From: Candidatus Hermodarchaeota archaeon
Lineage (GTDB): Archaea; Asgardarchaeota; Lokiarchaeia; Sigyniarchaeales; SOKP01
NCBI GenBank assembly: GCA_048885535.1
Contig: JBHLLO010000037.1
Location: 11,475-26,780 of the forward strand
Direction of reading: 5' to 3'
Length of the DNA: 15,306 bases
Of the stretch, positions 1 to 8,671 are shown one piece after another; the stretch's first letter is position 1; every line of letters begins with the position of its first letter. The notes under the pieces were generated by a model. It searched no databases. It was not told the DNA's origin and saw only the letters and a list, made by a program, of their open reading frames with translations. The translations under genes were made by a program, and so were the position numbers.

Positions 1-125
1 CCAGCTACGCCTCCTCCTAAAATTAATTGAGAGTTTGCGGCATTAACTATTACATCGGTATCCATTTCTGTGATATCGCCTTGAACCAATTTAATTTCCG
101 AATTTTTAACTTTTAGTTCTTTCAT
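1..125 (-). CDS. Macro domain protein (ADP-ribose binding/hydrolase, YmdB/AF1521-like), N-terminal part only; runs off the left edge
   Basis: Not in the ORF track. Manual translation from ATG at 125 gives [41 protein letters not shown]..., containing the macrodomain signatures GDIT, DxIVNAAN and GGGV. Confidence 0.93.
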   Translation of the reverse strand, partial: MKELKVKNSEIKLVQGDITEMDTDVIVNAANSQLILGGGVA

Positions 126-158
126 GTTTAATAAAAAGTGAAGTTATAACTTAATAAA

Positions 159-896
159 TTATTCATTTGAGTCTGGCTTGGTCTTCTTGAAAATTTCATC
201 TAATTTTTCTCTATCTTCCTCACTCATCTTACTCATGACTTCTAAATTTTGACGCATTAAATCCATCATTATCTTTTGTGAGAGTACTTGATTTAATACA
301 GGTAAGGCAATTCTCATTCTTGTTAATTCATAATACATCATTTTGGCTGAATCTCGCATTTCTTTAAGCTCCTCCTTACTCATGCCTACCTCACCTACAC
401 CAGGACAATCTACGTCAACAATACTAAAGTTTTTTCCATCAAATTCCAATGGATACACCCTACAACTTAAGGGGCGATTATCATAAACTAGACATTTTTT
501 ATCATCTTTGTTGTAGAGTGGGCATTTCACTTCCAATAGTTCTTCTATGGATGTAGTCTCAAAGGGAGTTTTTTGAGTTCCTTCTTGTCCTTCCTCTGGT
601 GGTGGAGGTATTGGTTTTAATATAAGATCTATACCACCATCAGGTTTATTATAGACATCTAAATAAGGTAAAAAGTTTGATATTACACCATTTCGAGCCC
701 ATAGCTCTAAATCCCAAAAAGTAATAGGGATTGGCCCTCGTTCTTGGCAACATTTATCACAGCGCGTACATTTGAAAGTAAATTTAGTTTTAGGTACTTC
801 TTCATCTTTTTCTTCTGGCTTAACCTCATCGGTATCTGATATACTTACTTCTTCCTCCTTTTCACTATTTTGAGACTTTTTTTCCTCTTCAGGCAT
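159..896 (-). CDS. YkgJ-family cysteine-cluster (CxxCxxCC, putative Zn/Fe-S binding) protein
   Basis: FKCTRCDKCC, CPLY, CLVYDNRPLSCRVYP and CPG match the CxxCxxCC...C...CxxYxxRPxxCRxYP pattern. Acidic, probably disordered N-terminus and Met-rich helical C-terminus. Confidence 0.88.
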   Translation of the reverse strand: MPEEEKKSQNSEKEEEVSISDTDEVKPEEKDEEVPKTKFTFKCTRCDKCCQERGPIPITFWDLELWARNGVISNFLPYLDVYNKPDGGIDLILKPIPPPPEEGQEGTQKTPFETTSIEELLEVKCPLYNKDDKKCLVYDNRPLSCRVYPLEFDGKNFSIVDVDCPGVGEVGMSKEELKEMRDSAKMMYYELTRMRIALPVLNQVLSQKIMMDLMRQNLEVMSKMSEEDREKLDEIFKKTKPDSNE

Positions 897-1110
897 TTTT
901 TATTACCCTTATTTAATTATTTTTAACTTAACCATGCAAATTCATAATGGAAAAAAAAATTTATTCTTAATTCAAAAATGTTGGAAACTACGTTCAAATC
1001 CTAGTTATAATTTAAAATTAAAAAATTCATTTTAATATAGATTTTATGTCATAAAGCTTTTTACAATTTAAATATTAACTTTCCTATTATTAGATTATTT
1101 TACCCTCACA

Positions 1111-2172
1111 ATGAAATTTTCAGAATTAAATAAATATTTTATATGGTTGATGCAATCTGTAAATTTGATTGCTGAGTTTTTTATAGGGTATTATATTTCA
1201 TCAAACCATTCTGTAATTATAAAATCTGTTTTAGTAGTAATAGGAATTGTTGTATTACTATTTCAATGTCTAATTGTTTTTAAATCATTTATAGGAACTT
1301 TACCTAATCGAAAAAAAGTAAGCGTTATATTAATATTTACTATGAATTCAATATTTTCATTTGTTATTGGATTTACAATCCCACAATTAGAATCAAATAG
1401 CAAAAACAATTTTGCCTTTGTTATGCTTCCACTCCTAATAATTTTAGAGTTAGTAATTATCGATAAATTCTTTAAAGATGTGGAATATATAAGAATTCCA
1501 AAATTAGATGGGAAGGAGAAACAAGAATTTAATCAACCAGTTATCGAATTTGAAGGAAAAAAATTTGTTTTTTCAATTAAATCATTAATAGCTCTTGGAG
1601 TTGGAGCTCCTCTATTGGCTTTGGCTATTTACTACTTCTTCGATTGGGAAGCAATGTATTGGCTTCATGAGATTGTGGTCAAACAAACTGTCTTTTTCTT
1701 AAACTTGTTTTTTAATATGGGTGCTAATTCTAATTATACTCCTGGATTTATTCACGAATGGAGTTTTTTAATACCTGGAAAAAATAGTATATTTTTTGAA
1801 ACCTTTTGTACCGGAATTCAAGCAATCTGTGTATTTGCTGGAATTATATTGTTTATCCCTCATTCTAAAGCAAAAGAAACAAGTAGGGATATAATTTGGA
1901 GAAAAACAAAATCCCTTGTAGTTTCCTCACTAATATTTTATATTGTAAATATAGTTCGTATGTTGATTCAGATCGAATTATATTATATAGGGTATCCATG
2001 GGATTCAATTCATGTATCCATCTCAGCAGCCTCATCATTTATTGCTGCGATAATAATTTTATTACTTCATAAATGGATTCCAGAATTTATAATTAGTATA
2101 ATTTATACTGGAACCTTAATTAAAAAGAGATTTGGAAAGAAAAGCACTTTAAAAGAAAAAAAGGAAGATTAA
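1111..2172 (+). CDS. Archaeosortase/exosortase-family multi-pass membrane transpeptidase with an extra N-terminal membrane domain
   Basis: Multiple hydrophobic helices. Cys-Arg-His triad candidates occur in the expected order and context: FCTG, NIVR, SIH. About 120 additional N-terminal residues with about 4 TM segments precede a hydrophilic linker. Confidence 0.82.
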   Translation: MKFSELNKYFIWLMQSVNLIAEFFIGYYISSNHSVIIKSVLVVIGIVVLLFQCLIVFKSFIGTLPNRKKVSVILIFTMNSIFSFVIGFTIPQLESNSKNNFAFVMLPLLIILELVIIDKFFKDVEYIRIPKLDGKEKQEFNQPVIEFEGKKFVFSIKSLIALGVGAPLLALAIYYFFDWEAMYWLHEIVVKQTVFFLNLFFNMGANSNYTPGFIHEWSFLIPGKNSIFFETFCTGIQAICVFAGIILFIPHSKAKETSRDIIWRKTKSLVVSSLIFYIVNIVRMLIQIELYYIGYPWDSIHVSISAASSFIAAIIILLLHKWIPEFIISIIYTGTLIKKRFGKKSTLKEKKED

Positions 2173-2207
2173 ATATAAATAATGTTTGAATAAAGAGAAG
2201 CTTTACC

Positions 2208-3110
2208 ATGTTAAATTATGAACGAGAACAGAAGGTAATTAAAGTAGGTAATGTGAAAATTGGAGGGCAACCTGGAGAAAACCCTACTGTCATGATTGGT
2301 ACCGTTTTTTACGCAAAACATGCTGCTTTATTGGATGAAAAAACTGGTAAGGTTGATAAGGACCTTCTTGAGAGAGAATTAAATGAATTTACTGATATTA
2401 TTGAAGACACAAAAATGCAGGGAATCATCGACATTGTTGGTGCTTATTCAGAAGCACTTATAAAAGAATGCGAATTAGTGGCTGAAATTGTTGACTATCC
2501 TTTTCTAGTTGATGGATTGAATGACGAATCTCGTATTCCCACAATGGAGGCTTTAAAAGAAATTGGTTTGTTAGACAGAGCAATATTGAATAGTGTCGAT
2601 GAGAATACCTCTGAAAATAGCATAATAAAACTAAAAGAAATTGGGGTTAAATACGCTGTTCTATTAACCTTTGGCTCTAAGTATATTTTTCCACATCAAA
2701 AGATCGACTTTTTAAGAAACGAACTTATTCCTAAAGTTGAACGTGCTAATATTGAAAACTATATAATTGATACTGCTGTCTTAGACTTACCTTCTATTGG
2801 GATTAATGTTGAGACAACACGAATGGTAAAGAATGAACTTGGTATACCCGTAGGATTTGCTCCTGCAAATGCTATATATGGGTGGGATTATATAAAAAAA
2901 TTTGGAGAAAGTTCCAGGTGTGGAGCAATTGCTTCTATAATGACCTATTGTCTAACTAGTGGAAGTGATTTCGTTTTATTTGGTCCTATTAAATTTGCAA
3001 AATGCATTGTTCCAGCACTTTCTTTAATTTCGGGGATTAACTCATATTATAGAAAAAGAATTTTAAGGAGAGATATTTCTGAGAAGTCTCCATTAAAAAA
3101 AATCTTTTAA
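2208..3110 (+). CDS. mtrH: MtrH-family methyltransferase (pterin:corrinoid methyltransferase, TIM barrel)
   Basis: N-terminus EREQKVIKVGNVKIGGQPGENPTVMIGTVFY, plus PFLVDG, RAILNS, IIDTAV, PVGFAPANA and GSDFVLFGPI, are characteristic of the MtrH family. The symbol denotes family membership, not proven orthology. Confidence 0.9.
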   Translation: MLNYEREQKVIKVGNVKIGGQPGENPTVMIGTVFYAKHAALLDEKTGKVDKDLLERELNEFTDIIEDTKMQGIIDIVGAYSEALIKECELVAEIVDYPFLVDGLNDESRIPTMEALKEIGLLDRAILNSVDENTSENSIIKLKEIGVKYAVLLTFGSKYIFPHQKIDFLRNELIPKVERANIENYIIDTAVLDLPSIGINVETTRMVKNELGIPVGFAPANAIYGWDYIKKFGESSRCGAIASIMTYCLTSGSDFVLFGPIKFAKCIVPALSLISGINSYYRKRILRRDISEKSPLKKIF

Positions 3111-4603
3111 GAAATATATCTAATTAGTAAATCTTGAGTGCGATTCAAAAAATTTGGTAATAGAGAATTAATTTTTTCCTTCTTAGACTCGTCGTCTAAG
3201 AGAAATAATACATACATTTCATATAAGTATATGTTTATCCTTTTAAAAAGAATTGTAGCATCTGCTACCTTAAATATAGCCTCATTCTCTTTCAATGCCT
3301 TATATTTGGAAAATATTTTAAACAAGATCGCAAATTGAGGGGCTGTAATTTCAAAAATATTCAATAACTCATCCGATTGAGGGATATTTGTTAAAGAAAC
3401 CGCTTCAGGCGAATAATCTTCAGCTAAAACTAATCCATCATTACTTAACATCAAAATTAAATAAGTACCCGTTTCTATTGAAAAATTTTTCAGGTTATGT
3501 CCAATCAACTCTTTATTAGGGCTTAATTTTGAAATACCGAAAGAAAAAGCTCTTAAAATCGAATATATATGAAAAATGGTGGTTACAAAAATATCTTGAG
3601 TTTTTGGCTCTAGGCTCTTTAGTTTTTCTTTCATTAATATCAGATTTTCTTGAATATCTTTGGATTCAATAATATCTGGATCTCCTTTTGATAGGATATA
3701 TATAATAGGTGTATCTTGCTTAAAATTCTTTAATACTTTCATTATATTTTGAAGGTAATCAATGCTCTCATCAAATCTACGTTTATTTCTGATATCAATA
3801 AAATAATAAATCAAATCTGCTTCGTATAAATAAATCTGAGCTCTTTCAATATATCTCTTCCTCAAGCTTAATTGTCCGCCTAAATCCCATAAAAATATAG
3901 TAGCTCCAAGTGCTTCAATAGAGTTTACTTGAGCTCCAACTGTTGGTTTCAAACCCATTAATTGAGAAAACTTTCTATCTATTGATAATAAAAATGAAGT
4001 TTTACCCGAATCATCTAACCCTGCAAAAATGATCTTCATTTTTCTCTGGGTTGTAAATGGAGTCAAGGGGGTTTTTTCAATTTTAAGGACATTGTCTAAA
4101 TGTCTCTTAAAGAAACGCTCTACTTCATACTGAGGTTTAAAATTATCAATAATTTTTTTATCAAATTCCTGAAAAAAATCTAAAGTTATATTTTTCAGCC
4201 TATTAATATTATTATATAAAAAATTTCTCTTGTTTTCATCAACCAGTAGAGAAAATGCCGTTGCTAAGGGTTTTTCTGCAAATTTTACATTTATGAAATG
4301 AAAAAAAGTTAAAGAAGTTAAATTAAAATCAGGAAAGGGAATTATTCCAAAATATTGATATTTTTCAACACCGCCTTTATCAAGGATTGTACCATCACCA
4401 ATTAAAAGGCTTAAATTCTTAATTGCCATTTGAGTATAGTCTCTTAGAGTTAAGCTTAAGATTTCTTCTGTTGTTTTATTTTTTTCTGTTGCTTGATTTT
4501 GATCTTGTGGCTCTGGAAACATGTAAATTGGCTGAGGTCCTAATTTTTCATATACACTGAATAAAAGCCCTCTTACTAATGTAGATTTAAGTAGTTTTTC
4601 CAT
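3107..4603 (-). CDS. Tripartite protein: N-terminal longin/uDENN-like domain, Arf/Rag-like small GTPase, C-terminal roadblock-like domain
   Basis: G1 GLDDSGKT (aa 195-202), G2 PT, G3 WDLGGQ, G4 variant SKGD, G5 variant TTI. C-terminus LSPNKELIGHNLKNF...LILMLSNDGLVLA resembles the Rag C-terminal roadblock. The N-terminal ~180 aa align with those of 13712..15124 (YFGIxPFPD shared). The stop overlaps the mtrH stop at TTAA 3107-3110. Confidence 0.88.
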   Translation of the reverse strand: MEKLLKSTLVRGLLFSVYEKLGPQPIYMFPEPQDQNQATEKNKTTEEILSLTLRDYTQMAIKNLSLLIGDGTILDKGGVEKYQYFGIIPFPDFNLTSLTFFHFINVKFAEKPLATAFSLLVDENKRNFLYNNINRLKNITLDFFQEFDKKIIDNFKPQYEVERFFKRHLDNVLKIEKTPLTPFTTQRKMKIIFAGLDDSGKTSFLLSIDRKFSQLMGLKPTVGAQVNSIEALGATIFLWDLGGQLSLRKRYIERAQIYLYEADLIYYFIDIRNKRRFDESIDYLQNIMKVLKNFKQDTPIIYILSKGDPDIIESKDIQENLILMKEKLKSLEPKTQDIFVTTIFHIYSILRAFSFGISKLSPNKELIGHNLKNFSIETGTYLILMLSNDGLVLAEDYSPEAVSLTNIPQSDELLNIFEITAPQFAILFKIFSKYKALKENEAIFKVADATILFKRINIYLYEMYVLFLLDDESKKEKINSLLPNFLNRTQDLLIRYIS

Positions 4604-4634
4604 TCCCTATAACTTTTTTATTATTTAAGATCAA

Positions 4635-4674
4635 ATTTATATTATTTTTAATGTATTTATATTATTTTTAATGT
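4635..4674. repeat. Perfect 20-bp tandem duplication (ATTTATATTATTTTTAATGT x2)
   Basis: Read directly: 4635-4654 and 4655-4674 are identical and lie 32-71 bp upstream of the ATG at 4603 (minus strand). Confidence 0.9.
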
Positions 4675-4941
4675 CTCTTTTTTTTAATTTTTATTCTGAT
4701 TATAAATTGTGAACTTTAATATTTAGTTTCAAATATTAACCTTACAAAAGCTTTAACATCGATGAATCAATCTCATCATAAAAATCTTTTGACTTTATGA
4801 AAGATGAACTTTATCATATTTTTTCGCTTTTTCGGAATATTCATAATATTAAAAAAAAAAAATTTAGATTAACATAATAAAAAAGTTTGCTTCATTTTCC
4901 TATTCTCATTGTTTTTTAAAAAAATGTCAATCTTAAAAGAT

Positions 4942-6627
4942 TTATTTTAAATCTAGTAAATAATTGCGATAATCTTCTTTAGATGCAAATTTAAGAGTAT
5001 TTTTTGCACCACAACTCTCACAATACTCCCTCAAAGTATGAGAAAATTTATGACAATTACTGCAAATATATTTGAAGGTTTTCATATAATTTTTTGTCAT
5101 GTCATCTAATTCTTTATCTAAGATTTTAGGTTTTGTCTCAATTGATCTATGTTCGATATGTTTGTGTCTAATATAAAAAATCATCACTACAGAAATTATG
5201 CCAAAGATAAGTATAATGACTATTACAGTTATTAGTTCATTCGGATTTGAGTCATTAATCAAATAAGTGAGTCCATGGGAGTAATAAATATCCATATTAT
5301 AATTTCTTCCCTCAGACCAAGCTATATGCGGGATATTATTACTATCAAGTTGAATGGTAAAATATTCTCCAGGTCGGGTAAATATACTGGATGTAAAACT
5401 CCGTGCAATCGCAATTTCTTCAGAAAATACTGGTATATTTCGATAAGATCCCGTAAAATTCAGAGTTCGATAATATGGCTTGTATCTACCTTCTTCTTCA
5501 CTATAATAAACAATATGAAGTCTACCTGATCTATCAATTGCTATATCGGGGTTCCATTGATGTCCCGTAATTGAGGGATTGATTCTTATTCGATTACTCC
5601 AAGTTGTTCCAAAGTCATCAGAATATCTTAAATAAACATCCCATGTATCTCCTTGTTGATCGAATTTATCAGCCCATACTACATAAAGCCGCCCGTGTTG
5701 ATCGAATTCAAGAACAGGTAAAGTTATTTTGCTAGGTTCATCATCAATTTCCTCAAACATGCAATAATTACCATCTTGATTTATAAGTTTTGGAGGATCA
5801 AAATTTTGACCATCATTTGAACTCTTGGTAAAATAGAGATTTCCTCCTGATTCAGGAGCCCAAGTCCACGCAATAAAGATATCTTCAGTACTATTTAAAG
5901 TCACATATGGACCAATGAAGTCAATATCTGCTCCTAAGCTTTTGATTTCTTGGTATGAAAGGCCTCCATTTATTGAATAACTCACTCGTACAGTTGTATT
6001 ACCTGTCTCCATATCTGAATCACCATAGACGACATAAATGGTATTATTTTCACCAACTATGAATGTTTCCTTATTTGCAAAGTAATTTCCATTAGTTGCT
6101 TTAACAGGTGTCCAAGTTTCTCCATTATTATCACTTTTAGCTACTGTTATTTGTGTTAGATACTCTCCTTCTGGTAGGATTTCTTCATGCTCTACATATG
6201 CATAATATATTGTATCATCGTACCAATAGAGCCATGGATGTGTTTGCCTAGTAGAGTGCTCTTCAAACATTGGCATATCGTATGGATATGTCCATATTTC
6301 GCCCCCATCAAGAGATCTTACAAAACTTACTCTCGCTCCTCCTCCATTATGACTATTTGAGTTCTTCCATCCCACGAAAATTATTCCATCATCACTTATT
6401 GCCATTGAGACTCCTACATGATGTGGATAAATACTATCGTCAATAGATAAACACTTATCACTCGAGAATGAAAGTATCTCTGGATATGTCTCTTGAGAGA
6501 GATTCTTAATATCATACTCAAGATTAAATTTAATATTAGAATTTGCCAAAAAGGGCAATAATAATAAAATTGCGAATATAATTACAACAAATAACTTTAA
6601 TAATTTGAATCTAATTGATGCTTTCAT
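4942..6627 (-). CDS. Membrane-anchored Asp-box (BNR) beta-propeller protein (sialidase-like fold) with a C-terminal zinc ribbon
   Basis: Five Asp-boxes: SLDGGEIW, SDNNGETW, SINGGLSY, SSNDGQNF, SDDFGTTW. Signal-like N-terminus MKASIRFKLLKLFVVIIFAILLLLPFLA suggests a start at ATG 6627 (the track uses 6687). TM LITVIVIILIFGIISVVMIFYI is followed by RHKH and a tail with CSNC-x10-CESC. Confidence 0.85.
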   Translation of the reverse strand: MKASIRFKLLKLFVVIIFAILLLLPFLANSNIKFNLEYDIKNLSQETYPEILSFSSDKCLSIDDSIYPHHVGVSMAISDDGIIFVGWKNSNSHNGGGARVSFVRSLDGGEIWTYPYDMPMFEEHSTRQTHPWLYWYDDTIYYAYVEHEEILPEGEYLTQITVAKSDNNGETWTPVKATNGNYFANKETFIVGENNTIYVVYGDSDMETGNTTVRVSYSINGGLSYQEIKSLGADIDFIGPYVTLNSTEDIFIAWTWAPESGGNLYFTKSSNDGQNFDPPKLINQDGNYCMFEEIDDEPSKITLPVLEFDQHGRLYVVWADKFDQQGDTWDVYLRYSDDFGTTWSNRIRINPSITGHQWNPDIAIDRSGRLHIVYYSEEEGRYKPYYRTLNFTGSYRNIPVFSEEIAIARSFTSSIFTRPGEYFTIQLDSNNIPHIAWSEGRNYNMDIYYSHGLTYLINDSNPNELITVIVIILIFGIISVVMIFYIRHKHIEHRSIETKPKILDKELDDMTKNYMKTFKYICSNCHKFSHTLREYCESCGAKNTLKFASKEDYRNYLLDLK

Positions 6628-6846
6628 CTTCTTTGAGTATAAACATTGTAAACTTATAATGATTATGTAAATTATAATTAAGTACATTAACTTTAGAACT
6701 AAATACTATTATTTGCTGAACAGTTATAACATTTTTAAAATTCCTTAATAATCTAAAAATTAATAATATATGCTTGTAGCTTTTTTCGCAGAAAACTACA
6801 TACAAGCGTAAAGATTTTAGGATAAATAATTATTTATATATTAGAT

Positions 6847-7809
6847 TTGTCTATGTTAGAAAGTATTGCTAAATGCATAAGAATTAATAAAAATATTATT
6901 GAAAAGAAAGAGATTAATCCTATAGTTCAATTCATTAACGAATATTCATTTAAAAATGAACGCATTTATTCCGATATAGGTGAAGACTCAGCAGCTATTA
7001 AGGATAATAAAAACTACATTTTATTAACTACTGACCGAATTAAAACCGAATTTGTTGAAAACTATCCTCATGGAGCTGGGTTTAGTTCTTTAGTAGTTGG
7101 AATAGATGATATTTACTGCTGTGGCGGAATCCCTCTTGCGGCAAGCATTATTCTCTCATATAAAGACGCAACTATCGGCCAAAAAATTATTGAAGGGATA
7201 TGTGAAGCATCTCAAAAGTTTCAATTACCAGTTATACGAGGGCATACTAAGCCAGATAGTAATTGTTATGAACTTAGTTCTACTATAATTGGAGAAATAA
7301 AGAAAGAAAATTATATCTCTGCTTTAAATGCTCAAGTTAATGATGATATAATTTTAGCTGTTGATTTTGACGGAAAAGTTGGAAAAGCGAGTGAACTTTA
7401 TTGGGATACTGTAACCTTCAAAGATTCTGATCAAGTTCTACAAAAAAGAAAGTCAATGAATCAAATTGCTGAGCAACATCTAGTTAATTCCTCAAAAGAT
7501 ATCTCTAATGGAGGAATTTTTGGGACTGTTTTTCAATTAATTAAATATTCTAAAGTAGGTGCCAACATAAATCTTAACAGTATAGAGATTCCTAAAATTT
7601 TAAGACAACAAAATTATTCTTTAGAAAAATATATACAAATGTATTTAACCACTTCATACATTTTAACAGCATCAAAACAAAATTCAGATAAAATTTTGGA
7701 AATTTTTTCACAATTCGGTCTTTCTTCCAAGATTATTGGCAAAATAATAAAAGGAAACCAATTACTAATAAATAATGGTAAAGACTCATTGTCAGTAATG
7801 AGTCATTAA
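6847..7809 (+). CDS. AIR synthase (PurM)-like ATP-binding protein, sll0787/methanogenesis-marker-2-like subgroup
   Basis: GEDSAAI, GAGFSSLVVGIDDIYCCGGIPLA, GHT and KDISNGGIFGT are PurM/ThiL/HypE/SelD superfamily motifs; KDISxxG is typical of the sll0787-like group. The start is TTG 6847 or ATG 6853. Confidence 0.82.
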   Translation: MSMLESIAKCIRINKNIIEKKEINPIVQFINEYSFKNERIYSDIGEDSAAIKDNKNYILLTTDRIKTEFVENYPHGAGFSSLVVGIDDIYCCGGIPLAASIILSYKDATIGQKIIEGICEASQKFQLPVIRGHTKPDSNCYELSSTIIGEIKKENYISALNAQVNDDIILAVDFDGKVGKASELYWDTVTFKDSDQVLQKRKSMNQIAEQHLVNSSKDISNGGIFGTVFQLIKYSKVGANINLNSIEIPKILRQQNYSLEKYIQMYLTTSYILTASKQNSDKILEIFSQFGLSSKIIGKIIKGNQLLINNGKDSLSVMSH

Positions 7810-7831
7810 AAAAATTTAGGTTGATAAATTT

Positions 7832-8389
7832 ATGGAGTCTAATTTCAAAGATAAATTTAAAGGAATAGTTTCAGTAATTGGTGCTAGTGAAATAGATAGT
7901 AAAACCAAAAAAATTACAATTAAATTAGGAAAATTATTAGCTCGAAATCAGTATGCTATTGTTTGTGGTGGACTAACTGGAGTAATGGAGTCAGTTTGTG
8001 AAGGTGCGAAAGAAGAAGGAGGTTTAACAATAGGTGTTATTCCATTTGTAGAAAAATCTGCAGCAAATAGATATGTTGACATCATAATTCCTGTGCCATT
8101 TTCACAAGCAAGAAACATTGTGGTTGTATTAACTGGAGATATATGCGTGGCAATAGGAGGAAAAGCCGGAACATTATCTGAGCTCTGTTTTGCATGGATA
8201 TATCAAAAACCTATCATTGCTTTGTCAAATATTGAAGGATGGTCATCAAAAATTTCGAATCAAAAACTTGATGACAGAAGACCAGATAAAATTCATGGTG
8301 TTGAAACTCCAGAACAAGTGATTGAAAAAATTAATGAATTAATTAATTTAAACATAAAGTTTAATCAAAATGTAAATGATAAATTTTAA
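7832..8389 (+). CDS. LOG/SLOG-family Rossmann-fold nucleotide-binding protein (TIGR00725-like)
   Basis: VSVIGAS, CGGLTGVME, GGLTIGVIP, ARNIVVVLTGD and GGKAGTLSE (GGxGTxxE-type) motifs. Confidence 0.88.
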   Translation: MESNFKDKFKGIVSVIGASEIDSKTKKITIKLGKLLARNQYAIVCGGLTGVMESVCEGAKEEGGLTIGVIPFVEKSAANRYVDIIIPVPFSQARNIVVVLTGDICVAIGGKAGTLSELCFAWIYQKPIIALSNIEGWSSKISNQKLDDRRPDKIHGVETPEQVIEKINELINLNIKFNQNVNDKF

Positions 8390-8413
8390 GTAGATAAGAA
8401 GAGGTTAAGGGTA

Positions 8414-8671
8414 ATGGTTAAAATTTCAGGTGGTAATGGAACATCCTATGAAGATGCAATTATAATTTCAGACTGTTCTAATATTGAAGGTGTTGAACAG
8501 GAATATATTGAATTGAGGAAAAGATTTGGTAATTATCGATTAATAAAACAAAGCTTAATTCAGAACAATGGAAAAGTATACGATTTGTTAGAGATAGAAT
8601 TAGAAGATGGGACAATAACTTCGGTTTATTTTGATATAACCAATTTCTTTGGAAAAGGATTTGACTTTTAA
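8414..8671 (+). CDS. Small hypothetical protein (85 aa)
   Basis: ATG preceded by purine-rich AAGAGG...AAGGG, 24 bp after the co-oriented upstream gene. Globular-looking sequence (GGNGTSYEDAIII...YDLLEI...YFDITNFFGK). Function not recognised. Confidence 0.75.
   Translation: MVKISGGNGTSYEDAIIISDCSNIEGVEQEYIELRKRFGNYRLIKQSLIQNNGKVYDLLEIELEDGTITSVYFDITNFFGKGFDF

Noticed and set aside
3107-3110. Overlapping convergent stops (TTAA), and abutting stops at 10848-10853
   Set aside because: Common in compact AT-rich genomes; no special meaning inferred.
3138-3338. 66-aa plus-strand ORF
   Set aside because: Antisense shadow inside the well-supported GTPase gene; no motifs.
4604-4941. Longest intergenic region inspected for CRISPR, ncRNA or IS ends
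   Set aside because: No spaced repeats, GC-rich stems or terminal inverted repeats seen; only the 20-bp duplication and homopolymer runs.
5275-5529. 84-aa plus-strand ORF
   Set aside because: Antisense shadow within the Asp-box propeller gene.
6611-6805. 64-aa minus-strand ORF
   Set aside because: Spans an AT-rich divergent promoter region and overlaps the propeller gene start out of frame; no recognisable features.
7106-7288. 60-aa plus-strand ORF
   Set aside because: Out-of-frame ORF nested in the PurM-like gene.
2208-7809. Methanogen assignment from MtrH and a marker-2-like protein
   Set aside because: Both families occur in non-methanogens; no other mtr or mcr genes are here, and the GTPase/roadblock content points to Asgard archaea.
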